DNA of 63,614 bases, filler included, from Octopus bimaculoides (taxonomy: Eukaryota), in assembly GCF_001194135.2 (NCBI RefSeq). It is 7 parts of 6 records of this genome, joined end to end, with 100 filler letters (N's around TTAATTAATTAA, not from the genome) between each part and the next. Parts side by side here need not be neighbours in the genome. Positions count along the whole stretch, not along the records: positions 33,435 to 50,783 come from NC_068983.1; positions 50,884 to 55,802 come from NW_026334913.1; positions 55,903 to 61,330 come from NC_069005.1; 4 more parts are not named here. One strand, given 5' to 3'. This document shows positions 47,611-60,064 of the stretch, one piece after another. The position numbers and the translations under genes are program-made. Below the pieces are notes generated by a model that saw only the letters and a program-made list of their open reading frames with translations, did no database searches and was not told the origin of the DNA. Each line of letters starts with the position of its first letter. Position 1 is the first letter of the stretch.

Positions 47611-48639
47611 AATATATATATATATATATANNNNNNNNNNNNNNNNNNNNNNNNNNNNNNNNNNNNNNNNNNNNNNNNNNNNNNNNNNNNNNNNNNNNNN
47701 NNNNNNNNNNNNNNNNNNNNNNNNNNNNNNNNNNNNNNNNNNNNNNNNNNNNNNNNNNNNNNNNNNNNNNNNNNNNNNNNNNNNNNNNNNNNNNNNNNNN
47801 NNNNNNNNNNNNNNNNNNNNNNNNNNNNNNNNNNNNNNNNNNNNNNNNNNNNNNNNNNNNNNNNNNNNNNNNNNNNNNNNNNNNNNNNNNNNNNNNNNNN
47901 NNNNNNNNNNNNNNNNNNNNNNNNNNNNNNNNNNNNNNNNNNNNNNNNNNNNNNNNNNNNNNNNNNNNNNNNNNNNNNNNNNNNNNNNNNNNNNNNNNNN
48001 NNNNNNNNNNNNNNNNNNNNNNNNNNNNNNNNNNNNNNNNNNNNNNNNNNNNNNNNNNNNNNNNNNNNNNNNNNNNNNNNNNNNNNNNNNNNNNNNNNNN
48101 NNNNNNNNNNNNNNNNNNNNNNNNNNNNNNNNNNNNNNNNNNNNNNNNNNNNNNNNNNNNNNNNNNNNNNNNNNNNNNNNNNNNNNNNNNNNNNNNNNNN
48201 NNNNNNNNNNNNNNNNNTTGATGTGGTATGCTTTGAGTCATCTGCGGTGTAGGTTTGAACTCGCAACGTCGTTATTCCAACGTTAACCACAGCTGCTCAC
48301 TTTTCTGTTTGCATCAAAGAAGAACGGCTTTCGATGATCTGCTCTTCTTTCCATTGATTATTAAAAAGAAAAATATTATTTCAACAATGAGGATCTTAGA
48401 AATAAAAATAAAATTACAATTACCTCATATTTCTACATTATCACTCAGCTTTTTAGCACAGTGAGTCAATTGTTATAAAAGCTAGTTTATGTTCTCGAGG
48501 GAAAAATAATCGGTTGAGAGATGAGGCACGAGTGCGCTGTTACTGCTTTATTCACATTTCGGTCCGTGGCAAAGGATGGCTCGAAGTGGGACAAACAGGA
48601 GATAGTCAGAACGAGAAAAGCAAGGAGCTAATGACACAC

Positions 48640-48830
48640 CAACATCGGTTGTCAAGCGATGTTGGGGGACAAGCACAGACACACATACACACACACGACG
48701 GGCTTCTTCCAGTTTCCGTCTACCAAATTCATTCACAAGGCTTTGGTCGGCCCGAGGCTATAGCAGAAAACACTTGCCTGAACCCAGAACCATGTGGTTG
48801 GTAAGCAAGCTACTTACCAGACAGCCACTC
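48640..48830 (-). mobile_element. Composite SINE C plus short (TG)n plus start of D
   Basis: Same order as 34211-34627, with a linker of about 20 bp. Confidence 0.75.
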
Positions 48831-48859
48831 CTGTATATTTCGTATATTTTTATTGCAAA

Positions 48860-49023
48860 AATAGGCTAACAGTTTGGCTGTGTGGCTGATAGACTCCAAG
48901 AATGTGACAATGTTCAGGGCGGACATTTTGAGCATTTACGGGACAACCATTGTACAATGTTTTCTAAATAAAAAGATAAAATATACAACTATATAACTGT
49001 AAGCCTACTTTTGCACCACCCTG
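48860..49023 (+). mobile_element. Tc1/mariner-superfamily right end
   Basis: GGHFEHL (48918-48938), a typical transposase C-terminus, then ACTTTTGCACCACCCTG|TA. Confidence 0.6.
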
Positions 49024-50082
49024 TATAGAATCACAGTGCCAAAGCAGGCGCTTGCGTTGCAAATACCCAATGAGCTTATTGAAAAATAATTATAAGCTAC
49101 AATAGAATGTTCTCTCATGGTAACAAACGCAAGATACCGCTTTAAATGGACATAAATATTACCTTTTGGTTATTAATTCTGCTTCTGCCGCTTATAATTT
49201 TTTTTTGATAAGCCCATTGGCTATTCGCGACATCAGTTCCTGTTTTGGCGCTGTGATTTTATATATTGTTAGCGGAATTACGTCGCTGCTATTTCCAGCG
49301 TCCGATTGCCCACCACTGACAAGGCCAGAAAAGGCCGAAATCACGTTATTTATTATATCTCTCTGACTTCTTATTTCATGCTACGGAATGTTTTCTGACG
49401 AATCAACGGATGAATGAATGATGCATACACGAAAAACATCTCTTGTTACAGTTGTAAGAATGTACGAATGTCGTGGTCACCAATTGTGGAGAAATTAATG
49501 TAATTTTTGTAGATATAAAAGCAATGATACGTTACATATAATTTTTGCTTTGATTTCTTACATGCATATAAAAATAGACCTCTTCCGATCTTCTCCGCAT
49601 AGTACAATAATTACACAGCATGTACTTTGTAAACACAAATTTAAGATGGGGCAGAAAATCAGCAGGGAATATAATACATCTTAATTTACAATAATAATCA
49701 TATCAGTTTACGTAGATGCATTTATACATAGATACGTCTAGTATTTTACAAAGTAATTTGAATAATGAGTTTCAGATTATTCCAGAAATTGTATTGTGGT
49801 TACGTCAATATTTTAAAGTCAAAATGTTCACAAACAGTTAATGGTCGGCAGTAAATAGAAAGATTATGTATTCATAAACAGGTAGAAGTTATTCTGTCGA
49901 GGCAATGCCATTGTTGAGGAAATTACTTACATGAAAATATTAAGGGAGACAGTATACATAAGGCTGCAGGTAAGTTAATGCGAATAGCAGTCTTTCTTTA
50001 ATTCGTCAGAGTATATGCCACTCAAGCTGGAGGAATCCTTTTGCAGATTCTTTCCAATAATATCTCTTTGATTCTAGTAAGG

Positions 50083-50300
50083 CAACGAGCTGGCAGAATG
50101 GTTAGCACGCCGGGCAAAATGCTTAGCGGGATTTCTTCCGTTTTTACGGTCTGAGTTCAAATGTCGCCCAGGTCGACCTTGCCTTTCATCCTCTCGAGAT
50201 CGATAAAATACCCACCAGTTGGGTACTGGGTTCGATGTAATCGACTTACATCCACTCCCGAATTTGCTGGCCTATGTACCAAAGTTTGAGACTAATGCCT
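50083..50300 (+). mobile_element. SINE family A copy
   Basis: Family head and core present. Confidence 0.8.
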
Positions 50301-50579
50301 CTTTGAAACTAATATTTGCCTTACCCCCACGTCTAAACTTGCAGAAAATTTGACTCAGGATGCAGAGAGCTTGAACAAATAATATATACCAAGGCATCTA
50401 ATTCGGTATTTTTACACTTCTGCTAATCCATCGCTCAACTCGTCCAGTTTATTTCAATCTCAATAGATATAATGGTGCAACAACTGTTGAGATGTTGTGC
50501 ACTCTTAGTGTTTAAATATCTTGCTTAGATCAACTAAAATTTTAACGAGCAGACTTATGTATGTATGTATGTATGTATA

Positions 50580-50760
50580 CACGACGGGCTTCTTTCAGTT
50601 TCCATCTACCAAATCCAGTCACAAAGCTTTGGTCGGCCCGAGGCTATAGTAGAAGACACTTGCCCAAGGTACCACGCAGTGGGACTGAACCCAGAAGCAT
50701 GTGGTTGGTAAGCAAGCTACTTACCACACAGTCACTCCTGCACCTATGTGCCACTCCTGT
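50580..50760 (-). mobile_element. SINE family C copy
   Basis: CGACGGGCTTCTTTCAGTTTCC.TCTACCAAATCC..TCACAA.GCTTTGGTCGGCCCGAGGCTATAGTAGAAGACACTTGCCCAAGG. Confidence 0.85.
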
Positions 50761-51574
50761 ATATATATATATATATATATATANNNNNNNNNNNNNNNNN
50801 NNNNNNNNNNNNNNNNNNNNNNNNNNNTTAATTAATTAANNNNNNNNNNNNNNNNNNNNNNNNNNNNNNNNNNNNNNNNNNNNTGTGGTTGGTAAGCAAG
50901 CTACTTACCACACAGCCACTCCTACGCCTAGTCGTTAGAAACGGCCGTAATGGATTGACACCTGTACCTCTTTTTTACACTGCACGCACACATATACACA
51001 CACGCACATACATACACACTTACACATAATCATATGCGCACACACACAGACGCATGCACACGCTACACACAAAAACACACAATTACACATATATGGGCAT
51101 ATACACCTACGCACATACACGTGTGTATGTGCATGTGTGTGTGTGTGTGTGCATGTATGTGTGTGCATTTATGTGCATTTATGTGCATGTATGTGTGTTG
51201 TGTGTGTGGGAGGTATATGTGCATTCATGTGTGTGCGCGGGTGCGTGTATTTTTGCGTGTGTGTGTATATGTACGTGAGTGTATGTATGTGTGCGTGTAT
51301 ATAGAAATAAAATAAAATATAATAAAATAAGATCGATAAATAAAGGGTGAAAAGGGGAAAGGGTACAAGATGTAAAAAAAATTACAAAAATTAACAGATG
51401 CAAGATAAAAAATAAAAGATAAAATAATAAAAATTACAGGGATAAAATAGAAATTAAATACAATTATAAAAAAAATAATGCAATTATAAAGTTAAACAAT
51501 TCGACGGAAAGAAAACAATAAAAAAATCGAGAAAAGGGTAACAGTGTAAAAAAGTAAGTGGGTATAAGAGCACT

Positions 51575-51670
51575 GCCTGGCACCTTGGGCAAGTGTCTTC
51601 TACGATAGCCTCGGTCCGGCCAAAGCCTTGTGAGTGGATTTGGTAAACGGAAACTGAAAGAAGCCCGTAG
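51575..51670 (+). mobile_element. SINE family C copy (5' truncated)
   Basis: GCACCTTGGGCAAGTGTCTTCTAC...GAAGCCCGT, then (TA)n. Confidence 0.8.
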
Positions 51671-51936
51671 TATATATGTATGTATATATATATATATATA
51701 TATATATNNNNNNNNNNNNNNNNNNNNNNNNNNNNNNNNNNNNNNNNNNNNNNNNNNNNNNNNNNNNNNNNNNNNNNNNNNNNNNNNNNNNNNNNNNNNN
51801 NNNNNNNNNNNNNNNNNNNNNNNNNNNNNNNNNNNNNNNNNNNNNNNNNNNNNNNNNNNNNNNNNNTATATATAATTTCAAAAAAAGACAAAAAACAATA
51901 ACAAAAAAACAACAAAGTGAGGACGTGATACGGATA

Positions 51937-52045
51937 CACTGGACCTCTTCCTGTCAAGTGTCCCAGATGAACCAGCTTCGCGGCAGGAGGTGTAGATGAG
52001 GGCAGCTGCATCAAACTCTCTCATGTACCAAATGTCAATTCCTGA
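51937..52045 (+). mobile_element. CR1/L2-group LINE 3' fragment
   Basis: LDLFLSSVPDEPASRQE..MRAAASNSL; same family as 58130-58455. Confidence 0.65.
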
Positions 52046-52254
52046 AGTAAAATTCGTGGAGTAAAATTATGTAGCAACACCAAATGGCGGTGCTCCAGCA
52101 TGGCCACAGCTCATGAGCTGAAACTAGATAAAATGAAAAAAAAAATGAAAATGAAATGTATGTATGTATGTTTGTGTTTGACCCCCACCATCGCTTGATA
52201 ACTGATGGTGGTGTGTTTACGTCCTGTAGCATGGTGCAAAATCGAAGAAATAAA

Positions 52255-52470
52255 GTAAAGCTAAATATTGGTTTCAATTCTTGGCACAATGCCAGCAAGT
52301 TAGGTGTAGGAGCTAAGTCGATTAAATCGACACCATTGCTCATCTGGTACTTATTTTATCGACTTCGAAAGGATGGAACGCAAAGTCGACTCCGGCGGCA
52401 TTTGAACCAGGAACATAAAGACGGATGAAATGCTGCAAAGTGCTAGTGATTTTGCCAGCTCGCCGCCCAA
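52255..52470 (-). mobile_element. SINE family A copy
   Basis: Diverged core on the minus strand. Confidence 0.75.
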
Positions 52471-52784
52471 GAGTAAATCTTAATATCACAAAGACTTACT
52501 GTAGGTTAAATAAGAATGTAAATACATTGTCTCTCTATGCTATTGATGTACGAAAAAGCAGGAAAGAAGTGTCCTGACGGATCATCTCATGGTTTCTTGA
52601 CCTTTCCTTAGAGAAGACTTCCTGTTCGACTTCCTTTCTTAATCAGTAGAAGTGAGTTATCATATATTAACTGTAAATGTAACGTAAATTAACTGTAATG
52701 TACTGTAATAAATTCGAATTCTACAAAGACACCCTGTGGGTACAATGAGAATGAACACACCTTTCTATACTAACACACACGTGC

Positions 52785-52827
<43 letters not shown>

Positions 52828-53956
52828 NNNNNNNNNNNNNNNNNNNNNNNNNNNNNNNNNNNNNNNNNNNNNNNNNNNNNNNNNNNNNNNNNNNNNNNNN
52901 NNNNNNNNNNNNNNNNNNNNNNNNNNNNNNNNNNNNNNNNNNNNNNNNNNNNNNNNNNNNNNNNNNNNNNNNNNNNNNNNNNNNNNNNNNNNNNNNNNNN
53001 NNNNNNNNNNNNNNNNNNNNNNNNNNNNNNNNNNNNNNNNNNNNNNNNNNNNNNNNNNNNNNNNNNNNNNNNNNNNNNNNNNNNNNNNNNNNNNNNNNNN
53101 NNNNNNNNNNNNNNNNNNNNNNNNNNNNNNNNNNNNNNNNNNNNNNNNNNNNNNNNNNNNNNNNNNNNNNNNNNNNNNNNNNNNNNNNNNNNNNNNNNNN
53201 NNNNNNNNNNNNNNNNNNNNNNNNNNNNNNNNNNNNNNNNNNNNNNNNNNNNNNNNNNTACATATGTGTGTATATGTGTGTCTGTGTGTGAATGCGTGTG
53301 TATGTTATACATACTTACTTATACATACAATGACAGTCATGTATCAATTTACCGAGCGCATCAGTCACGATCACATCAAACTGATAAATAGTTTATAATT
53401 AGCGCCTATACAGTTGAACTGTAGCGAGATCGCAATTTTGGACAGTGGCCCACCCGTGACCACTGGCATCCTCCCCACTTCCACCTCCAATACAGCTCAT
53501 TAAAACAGAAAAGGACAAGACACCCTCACCCATCATAAAGACGATATAGAGAAAAATCTAGCTCTTTCAACCAAAGCTGTTACTTTCTTCAGCATTTCTT
53601 CGTAAATGTCGACTACTTTTAGAATGTCAGGTTAGTCTTCGAGGTCAGATGTAACGGACAAAGGGTATGGACGGGTAGGTGCCACGTTGAATGAAGCCAA
53701 TAGACATCTCAGTTTCAATTTACGTGACCAATCAACTATTTTTATGACTGTTTAGAAATGGCACTATCTCTCTTTAAGATCTGTAATTCTTGCTTTCTTT
53801 ACGTCTTTTTTACTTCTTTCTTTCTTTCATTCTTTTTTCTTTTTTAGTTTTTCTAACATTTGCTTTATCTTTTCATGCTGAGTTCTGTACTTAAACTGCT
53901 AAGACACAGAAGGAGGGCTGGAGTGTAAAGAAGAAAAATAAAACATTATTATTGAG

Positions 53957-54135
53957 CAAAATGCTTAGCGGCATTTCGTCTGTCTTTACGTTCTGAGGTC
54001 AAATTCAGCCGAGATCGACTTTGCCTTCCATCCTTTCGAGATCAATAAAATAAGTACTAGTTGAACTCTAGGGTTGATGTGATCGACTCATCCCCTCTCT
54101 CAAAGTTCCTGCCCTTGTGGCAAAATTTGAAACCA
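53957..54135 (+). mobile_element. SINE family A copy
   Basis: Core present; ends AAACCATTATTAT. Confidence 0.8.
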
Positions 54136-54151
54136 TTATTATATTATTATT

Positions 54152-54915
54152 CTGGAGGGGCAAGTCCATGCCGTCCAACAGCGTCGTAGGGTGCTGGACA
54201 GACGGACCCGTTAAACTGCTCGGGGTCTGGTTCGGTCCGGACCTCCAGTTAGAGAAAAACTGGGAAGAAGTGACGAACAGGGTGGCCAATCTCACCCAGA
54301 AATGGGCCGAGAGGAAGCTCTTCTTGAAAGGTCGAGCGGAAGTGACGAATGCGTACATCGCATCCGTCATCTATTACTTCTTGACCGTCGTCCCTTGTCC
54401 CGACCGCTGGTTAACCAAGATAGTACATCTGCTCTTCAACTTTTTGTGGAAGGGTCAGGTACCACTGGTCAGGCGCTCCATCTGCTGTCAACAGCCGCTG
54501 AACGGAGGCCTTGGCATGCCGTGGTTGCTGATGCGCAAACATGCGCTCAGGCTACGACATCTCAAGCGTTTCCTGGACGGTGAACAGGTGTGGTCGCCTT
54601 TCGTCAGATGCGATTTTCCGCAGCTCGTTTCTTTAACAGAGCTGCAATCCTGGATCAAAGTTAGACCGAGAAAGGGCGCTTGGCACCTCGAGTGCCGCCA
54701 AGCTCTCACCGCCAAGCTCTCACTGTTAAGCTCTCACCGCCCTCAGTCAGGCGGGCAGTGCGATCGGTAGTAACTTCACTCTAGCGTTCTATAGAGGGTT
54801 AGTGGAGGAAAAGTGTGACGACGTTCTCGGGGAAACTCTAGGCGTCGAAGATAATCAGTTAAACAGTCTGTTCGGGAGAACTTTCGGGCCGGGGCCCATG
54901 GATAATTTCCAAAGG
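54152..54915 (+). pseudogene. L1/Tx1 ORF2 fragment (post-RT region)
   Basis: VKLLGVWFG, NWEEV..RV....KW..RKL.LKGRA...NAYIASVIYY, LFNFLWKG, LNGGLGMP. Open for about 200 codons. Confidence 0.88.
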
Positions 54916-54924
54916 TCCCTCGTC

Positions 54925-55802
54925 CTTTTATTCATTCGTTCATTCTTTCTTTTCGTTCATTATTCATTCTTTTATCCTTTTATTCATTCATTTATTTGTT
55001 CTTTCTTCTTTCATTCATTTATACATTCATTCATTCTTTCGTTTTGTTATTCACTTCTTCATTCTTTTTTCCTTTCATTCATTCATTCTTTCGTCATTTA
55101 ATTATTCACTCATTCCTTCGTCCTTTCCTTCTTCCTTTTCTTTCATCCATTCATTCTTTCGTTCATTTATTCATTCTTTCTTTTCATTCATTCTTTCTTT
55201 CATCCTTTAATTCATTCGTTCATTCATTTTTCTTCTTTCATTCATTTATGTATTCATTCAATCTTTCGCTCTGTTATTCATTCGTTCATTCGTTTTTCCT
55301 TTCATTCATTTATTCTTTCCTCCTTTTATTTATTCACTCATTCATTCGTCATTTCCTTCTTCCTTTTCTTTCATCCATTCACTCTTTCGTTCATTTATTA
55401 ATTCTTTCTTTTTATTCATTTATTTATTCTTTCATCCTTTTATTCATTCGTTCATTCATTCTTTCTTCTTTCATTCATTTATGCATTGATTCTTTCTTTC
55501 GTTCTCTTATTCATTCGTTCATTCTTTTTTCCTTTCATTCATTCATTCTTTCGTCCTTTTATCTATTCACTCATTCATTCGTCCTTTCCTTCTTCCTTCT
55601 CTTTCATCCATTCACTCTTTCGTTCATTTATTCATTCTTTCTTTTCAGTCATTCATGAATTCATTGGTTCTTTTTTCCTTCCATTTATTGAAGCTGTTTT
55701 ACATTTTTTCTTTCAATCATTCCTTTATTTATTCATTCATTTTTCTTCCTTCCTCCCTTTCCTTCCTTCCTTCCTTCCTTCCTTCCTTCCTTCCTTCCTT
55801 CC
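54925..55802. repeat. Degenerate (TTCA/TTCT)n satellite with a higher-order unit of about 230 bp
   Basis: The block CACTCATTC.TTCGTC.TTTCCTTCTTCCTT.TCTTTCATCCATTCA starts at 55107, 55335 and 55568. Confidence 0.85.
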
Positions 55803-55902
55803 NNNNNNNNNNNNNNNNNNNNNNNNNNNNNNNNNNNNNNNNNNNNTTAATTAATTAANNNNNNNNNNNNNNNNNNNNNNNNNNNNNNNNNNNNNNNNNN
55901 NN

Positions 55903-55941
<39 letters not shown>

Positions 55942-56287
55942 GTATATATATATGTATATGTATGTATATGTATGTGTACATATTTATATATGCATGAGAA
56001 AGCGTCTATGTATATAGAAACGTAAAAATGTGTATGCATACATAGATAAGCAGACATACATACATACATATATATGAATATCCGCATACACAATTGCATA
56101 AACATATTCATATATTCACACATGCAACCAAATACACTTCATAAAACTTTAGTGCATCTATATGTATATGTGTGAGACTATGGGTGTGTATGCGCATGTG
56201 TGTGTGTGAGTGTGCGTGCACGAACATGTACATACTTGCATACACACGCGCACACACACATGTCTTATGCGTCCATGTGTGTGTGTT

Positions 56288-56356
<69 letters not shown>

Positions 56357-56629
56357 GGGGGGGGCACAGGACGTCATGAAATGCGTACAACAAAAAGTAC
56401 GAAGCACGAGTACATATATATATGTGTGTGTGTCCTTTCAAAGAGAGAGAAAGAGACACACACATATTTATGTTCATATAGGTTCAGATATATATTTGAT
56501 GTTAATCTTTAATTTGCACTACGGTCGTTTCGACCCATCCTGCTACTGTCCCTTATGGATAGGACTTTGTTCGACATGTTGAGTTGCATCCATTTTGCAG
56601 TCTGGGTCTCATCAAGTACATCCTATATA

Positions 56630-57458
56630 CTAGCAGTGAAACCCGTCGTTGATCGGGTAATTACTTTTACTGTTTATCGGGAGCCACATTGAATGTATTG
56701 TTATATGTATAATTTACTCCTCCTGTATGTGTGCATTTTTAGAAGAGAAACCCATGTAATAACTGAAGTATAAGAAAGATCAATACCATTCTTTATTGGT
56801 TATCTGCAAGTCTGTTTGCAGTTTCCTGTGTTGTTTCTTGCATACGATGCGATGCTTTTCGAGGACGATCAGCTGCAAGCCGTGCATGTCTTTCGACTTC
56901 GTTTTCTGCTGCACGTCGAGTTGCCATCCTTTGTTTGCTGTCTGCAAGTCGTGCATTTCGTTGATGTTCGGTTTCAGATGCACATCGAGCTTTCTTTTTC
57001 TGTCGCTGATCTGCAAGCCGTGCGCATGTCTCATTGTCGTTTTCTGATGCACGTCGTGCGTTTGTTTGGGGTTCGTTTTGTGACGGTCTTATTTTGTGAG
57101 ACCTTTTTTTTTAATAATAAATACCAGTAAGTAATAGTGAAATGAAATTCGGATGCTATGTTACTGTAATGCAAGGAAAATAGGTATATCATATAGAAGA
57201 ATAGCTTAATGGAATGAGAAATGTTTTTGATTAGGAATATTAGTAAGTTGTAGTGAAATGAATTTACAAATGCTAAATGGTGTCAGTGTTTTTGCTGAAA
57301 TTCCGATGCTATATTACAGGAATGCAAGGTAAGGCGTTGTGTGGTTGTCTTTTTGTTGGTGTGTCGATGATTATCGTTTCGCTGTGAATTTATGTCTGTG
57401 TGCGTATGGCTTCACTGTCAGATCGTCTCTGCTTATGTGAAAGAAATTATTTCATATA
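56630..57458 (-). mobile_element. Internally deleted Helitron with STPR-like coding repeats
   Basis: Minus-strand 3' end ACCCG-ATCAACGA-CGGGT hairpin plus TTCACTG-CTAG|T at 56630. 69-bp repeats at 56790-57062 translate to 23-aa RRxxE..E..ARLA units. The 5' end is probably in the gap. Confidence 0.78.
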
Positions 57459-58129
57459 NNNNNNNNNNNNNNNNNNNNNNNNNNNNNNNNNNNNNNNNNN
57501 NNNNNNNNNNNNNNNNNNNNNNNNNNNNNNNNNNNNNNNNNNNNNNNNNNNNNNNNNNNNNNNNNNNNNNNNNNATATATATTCGAAGGTTTGGAGGTGA
57601 TATACAGGTATGTGTCTTGCAAACAACTTGCACATGCAAGTGCTACCAGTCAAGAACTCCGCATACCGGAAGCCAGCAAGTGTATGGGGTCATCAGGAGA
57701 GAATGCGCGCCGTTTCGGGGCCTACCTCTCGAAAAAATAATAAGGTACTCAGAGATCTGGATGGTTGTACATTTACAGATTTTTATTAATATGTCACATG
57801 TTTTTATAGATCGTATATTAACGTTTGCATCTACTCTAATAGATATATATATTACATAATACATGAGTCATTCCGGAAGCGTCAACCAGTGTATTGTTTA
57901 AACGTTATCTCTGTCTACTTCAGACAGGCATCTTCGATCTCGTTTCGGAAATGACACGAGTACGTGACTTTGACAAACAGTAACAACGGCTAAATACACT
58001 TCCGGGGTGGTTTCGTTTTTTTTCTAGCACTGAAGTATACTGTATTTTATTTCTTTGGTACAGCACATCAAAAAGGGAATTTTCCCCGGACGAAAATTGA
58101 AGCTTCTTACTTTTCAACGATGCACGTAC

Positions 58130-58455
58130 GTGAAGTATGATATATTTCACTTAAGAGTCGGTGGAACTCGAAGCAGTCCAAAGATATGCAGTGAAATATA
58201 TCTAGAAAATCTTGTTTGGACTTGTCCCAAACTTTGATATTGAATGTTACACAAACACCAGAACGGGGCACCATCCATCATGATACAGGACCAGACACTG
58301 CAACAGCTTGTGTTTCAAGATCTCACAGCCCTTCAAAATCTTCCTCAAATGTCAGAAAGACCTATATGGAGTGTCGGAGAGATGTAGGTGCTTTCAAAAC
58401 AAAACTGGATTTCCTCGTGTCAAGATTTCCGGATGAACCTACCTCCCGACAGGAC
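58130..58455 (+). mobile_element. CR1/L2-group LINE 3' fragment
   Basis: YAVKYI*KILFGLVPNFDIECYTNTRTG...; GAFKTKLDFLVSRFPDEPTSRQ; followed by (CATA)n. Confidence 0.72.
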
Positions 58456-59364
58456 ACGCATATATGTATACATACATACATACATACATACATACATACA
58501 TACATACATACATACATACATACATACATACATACANNNNNNNNNNNNNNNNNNNNNNNNNNNNNNNNNNNNNNNNNNNNNNNNNNNNNNNNNNNNNNNN
58601 NNNNNNNNNNNNNNNNNNNNNNNNNNNNNNNNNNNNNNNNNNNNNNNNNNNNNNNNNNNNNNNNNNNNNNNNNNNNNNNNNNNNNNNNNNNNNNNNNNNN
58701 NNNNNNNNNNNNNNNNNNNNNNNNNNNNNNNNNNNNNNNNNNNNNNNNNNNNNNNNNNNNNNNNNNNNNNNNNNNNNNNNNNNNNNNNNNNNNNNNNNNN
58801 NNNNNNNNNNNNNNNNNNNNNNNNNNNNNNNNNNNNNNNNNNNNNNNNNNNNNNNNNNNNNNNNNNNNNNNNNNNNNNNNNNNNNNNNNNNNNNNNNNNN
58901 NNNNNNNNNNNNNNNNNNNNNNNNNNNNNNNNNNNNNNNNNNNNNNNNNNNNNNNNNNNNNNNNNNNNNNNNNNNNNNNNNNNNNNNNNNNNNNNNNNNN
59001 NNNNNNNNNNNNNNNNNNNNNNNNNNNNNNNNNNNNNNNNNNNNNNNNNNNNNNNNNNNNNNNNNNNNNNNNNNNNNNNNNNNNNNNNNNNNNNNNNNNN
59101 NNNNNNNNNNNNNNNNNNNNNNNNNNNNNNNNNNNNNNNNNNNNNNNNNNNNNNNNNNNNNNNNNNNNNNNNNNNNNNNNNNNNNNNNNNNNNNNNNNNN
59201 NNNNNNNNNNNNNNNNNNNNNNNNNNNNNNNNNNNNNNNNNNNNNNNNNNNNNNNNNNNNNAACTGTCCAGTCAGACGGTGATTATTTAAACTGGGTTAA
59301 AATATTTCTAAATTTCTTAAGATGAGAAATTTAGAAATATTATGGTGGCAGAATAAAAAAAAAA

Positions 59365-59690
59365 GTGGTTCTCTGTCGGTTACGACGACGAGTGTTCTAG
59401 TTGATTCGATCAACGGAACAGCTTGCTCGTGAAATTAACGTGCAAGTGGCTGAGTACTCCACAGACACCCGTGCCCTTAACGTATTTCTCAAGGAGATTC
59501 AGCGTGGCACAAAATGTGACAAGGCTGTCTCTTTGATATACAGGTATAACTCATTTTCGCCAGCCAAGTAAAAATTTTGCAACGTGACATAAAGTGTCTT
59601 GCTCAAGGACACAACGCGTCGCCGGGAATCCAACTCATGACCTTACGATCGCGAGCCGAATGCCCTAACCACTCAGCCACGCGCCTTCAC
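59365..59690 (-). mobile_element. SINE family B short form
   Basis: Head GAAGGCGCGTGGCTGAGTGGTTAGGGCATTCGGCTCGCG on the minus strand, shared tail. Confidence 0.82.
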
Positions 59691-59754
59691 GACGGCAAAA
59701 TATTAGCTTTGCGATAGTTATACACCAAACCTATATCTATCGAGTTCAATTTAG

Positions 59755-59940
59755 CTTCTGAGATTTTCTAAGACCCCTGGAACAAGTTACTCACAGAGTG
59801 CGTCGCTCGAAGAGCAAGGAATCCCTCCAAGTCAAGCCCCTTCTTCTCCACACTGAGAGGGCGCAGGTTCGATATTACGGACATGTGATTAGAATTTTGC
59901 AGGAAAGAATCGCAAGATGGATTCTTCAGGCCAAACTCGA
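59755..59940 (+). mobile_element. RTE LINE fragment
   Basis: RVRRSKSKESLQVKPLLLHTERAQVRYYGHVIRI.QERIARWILQA; homologous to 29380-29600. Confidence 0.75.
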
Positions 59941-60064
59941 ATTCCACTTAGCTAGCAAAAGTAAGTTGGACTTGTAATTTAAAGGGACAGGTTTGTCACA
60001 TTTTGGGTCACGCTGAATCTCTCTGTCCTGCTTTGCCATAGCTATATGCAGAACCTATATCTTC

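Noticed and set aside
48290-48410. Minus-strand exon-like stretch (ILIVEIIFFFLIINGKKSRSSKAVLL* or QWKEEQIIESRSSLMQTE|GTGAGC)
   Set aside because: The acceptor and donor are not connected by a single open frame, so chance is a sufficient explanation.
54996-55854. Phe/Ser/Ile/His-rich membrane-protein-like ORFs
   Set aside because: They are translations of the TTCA satellite.
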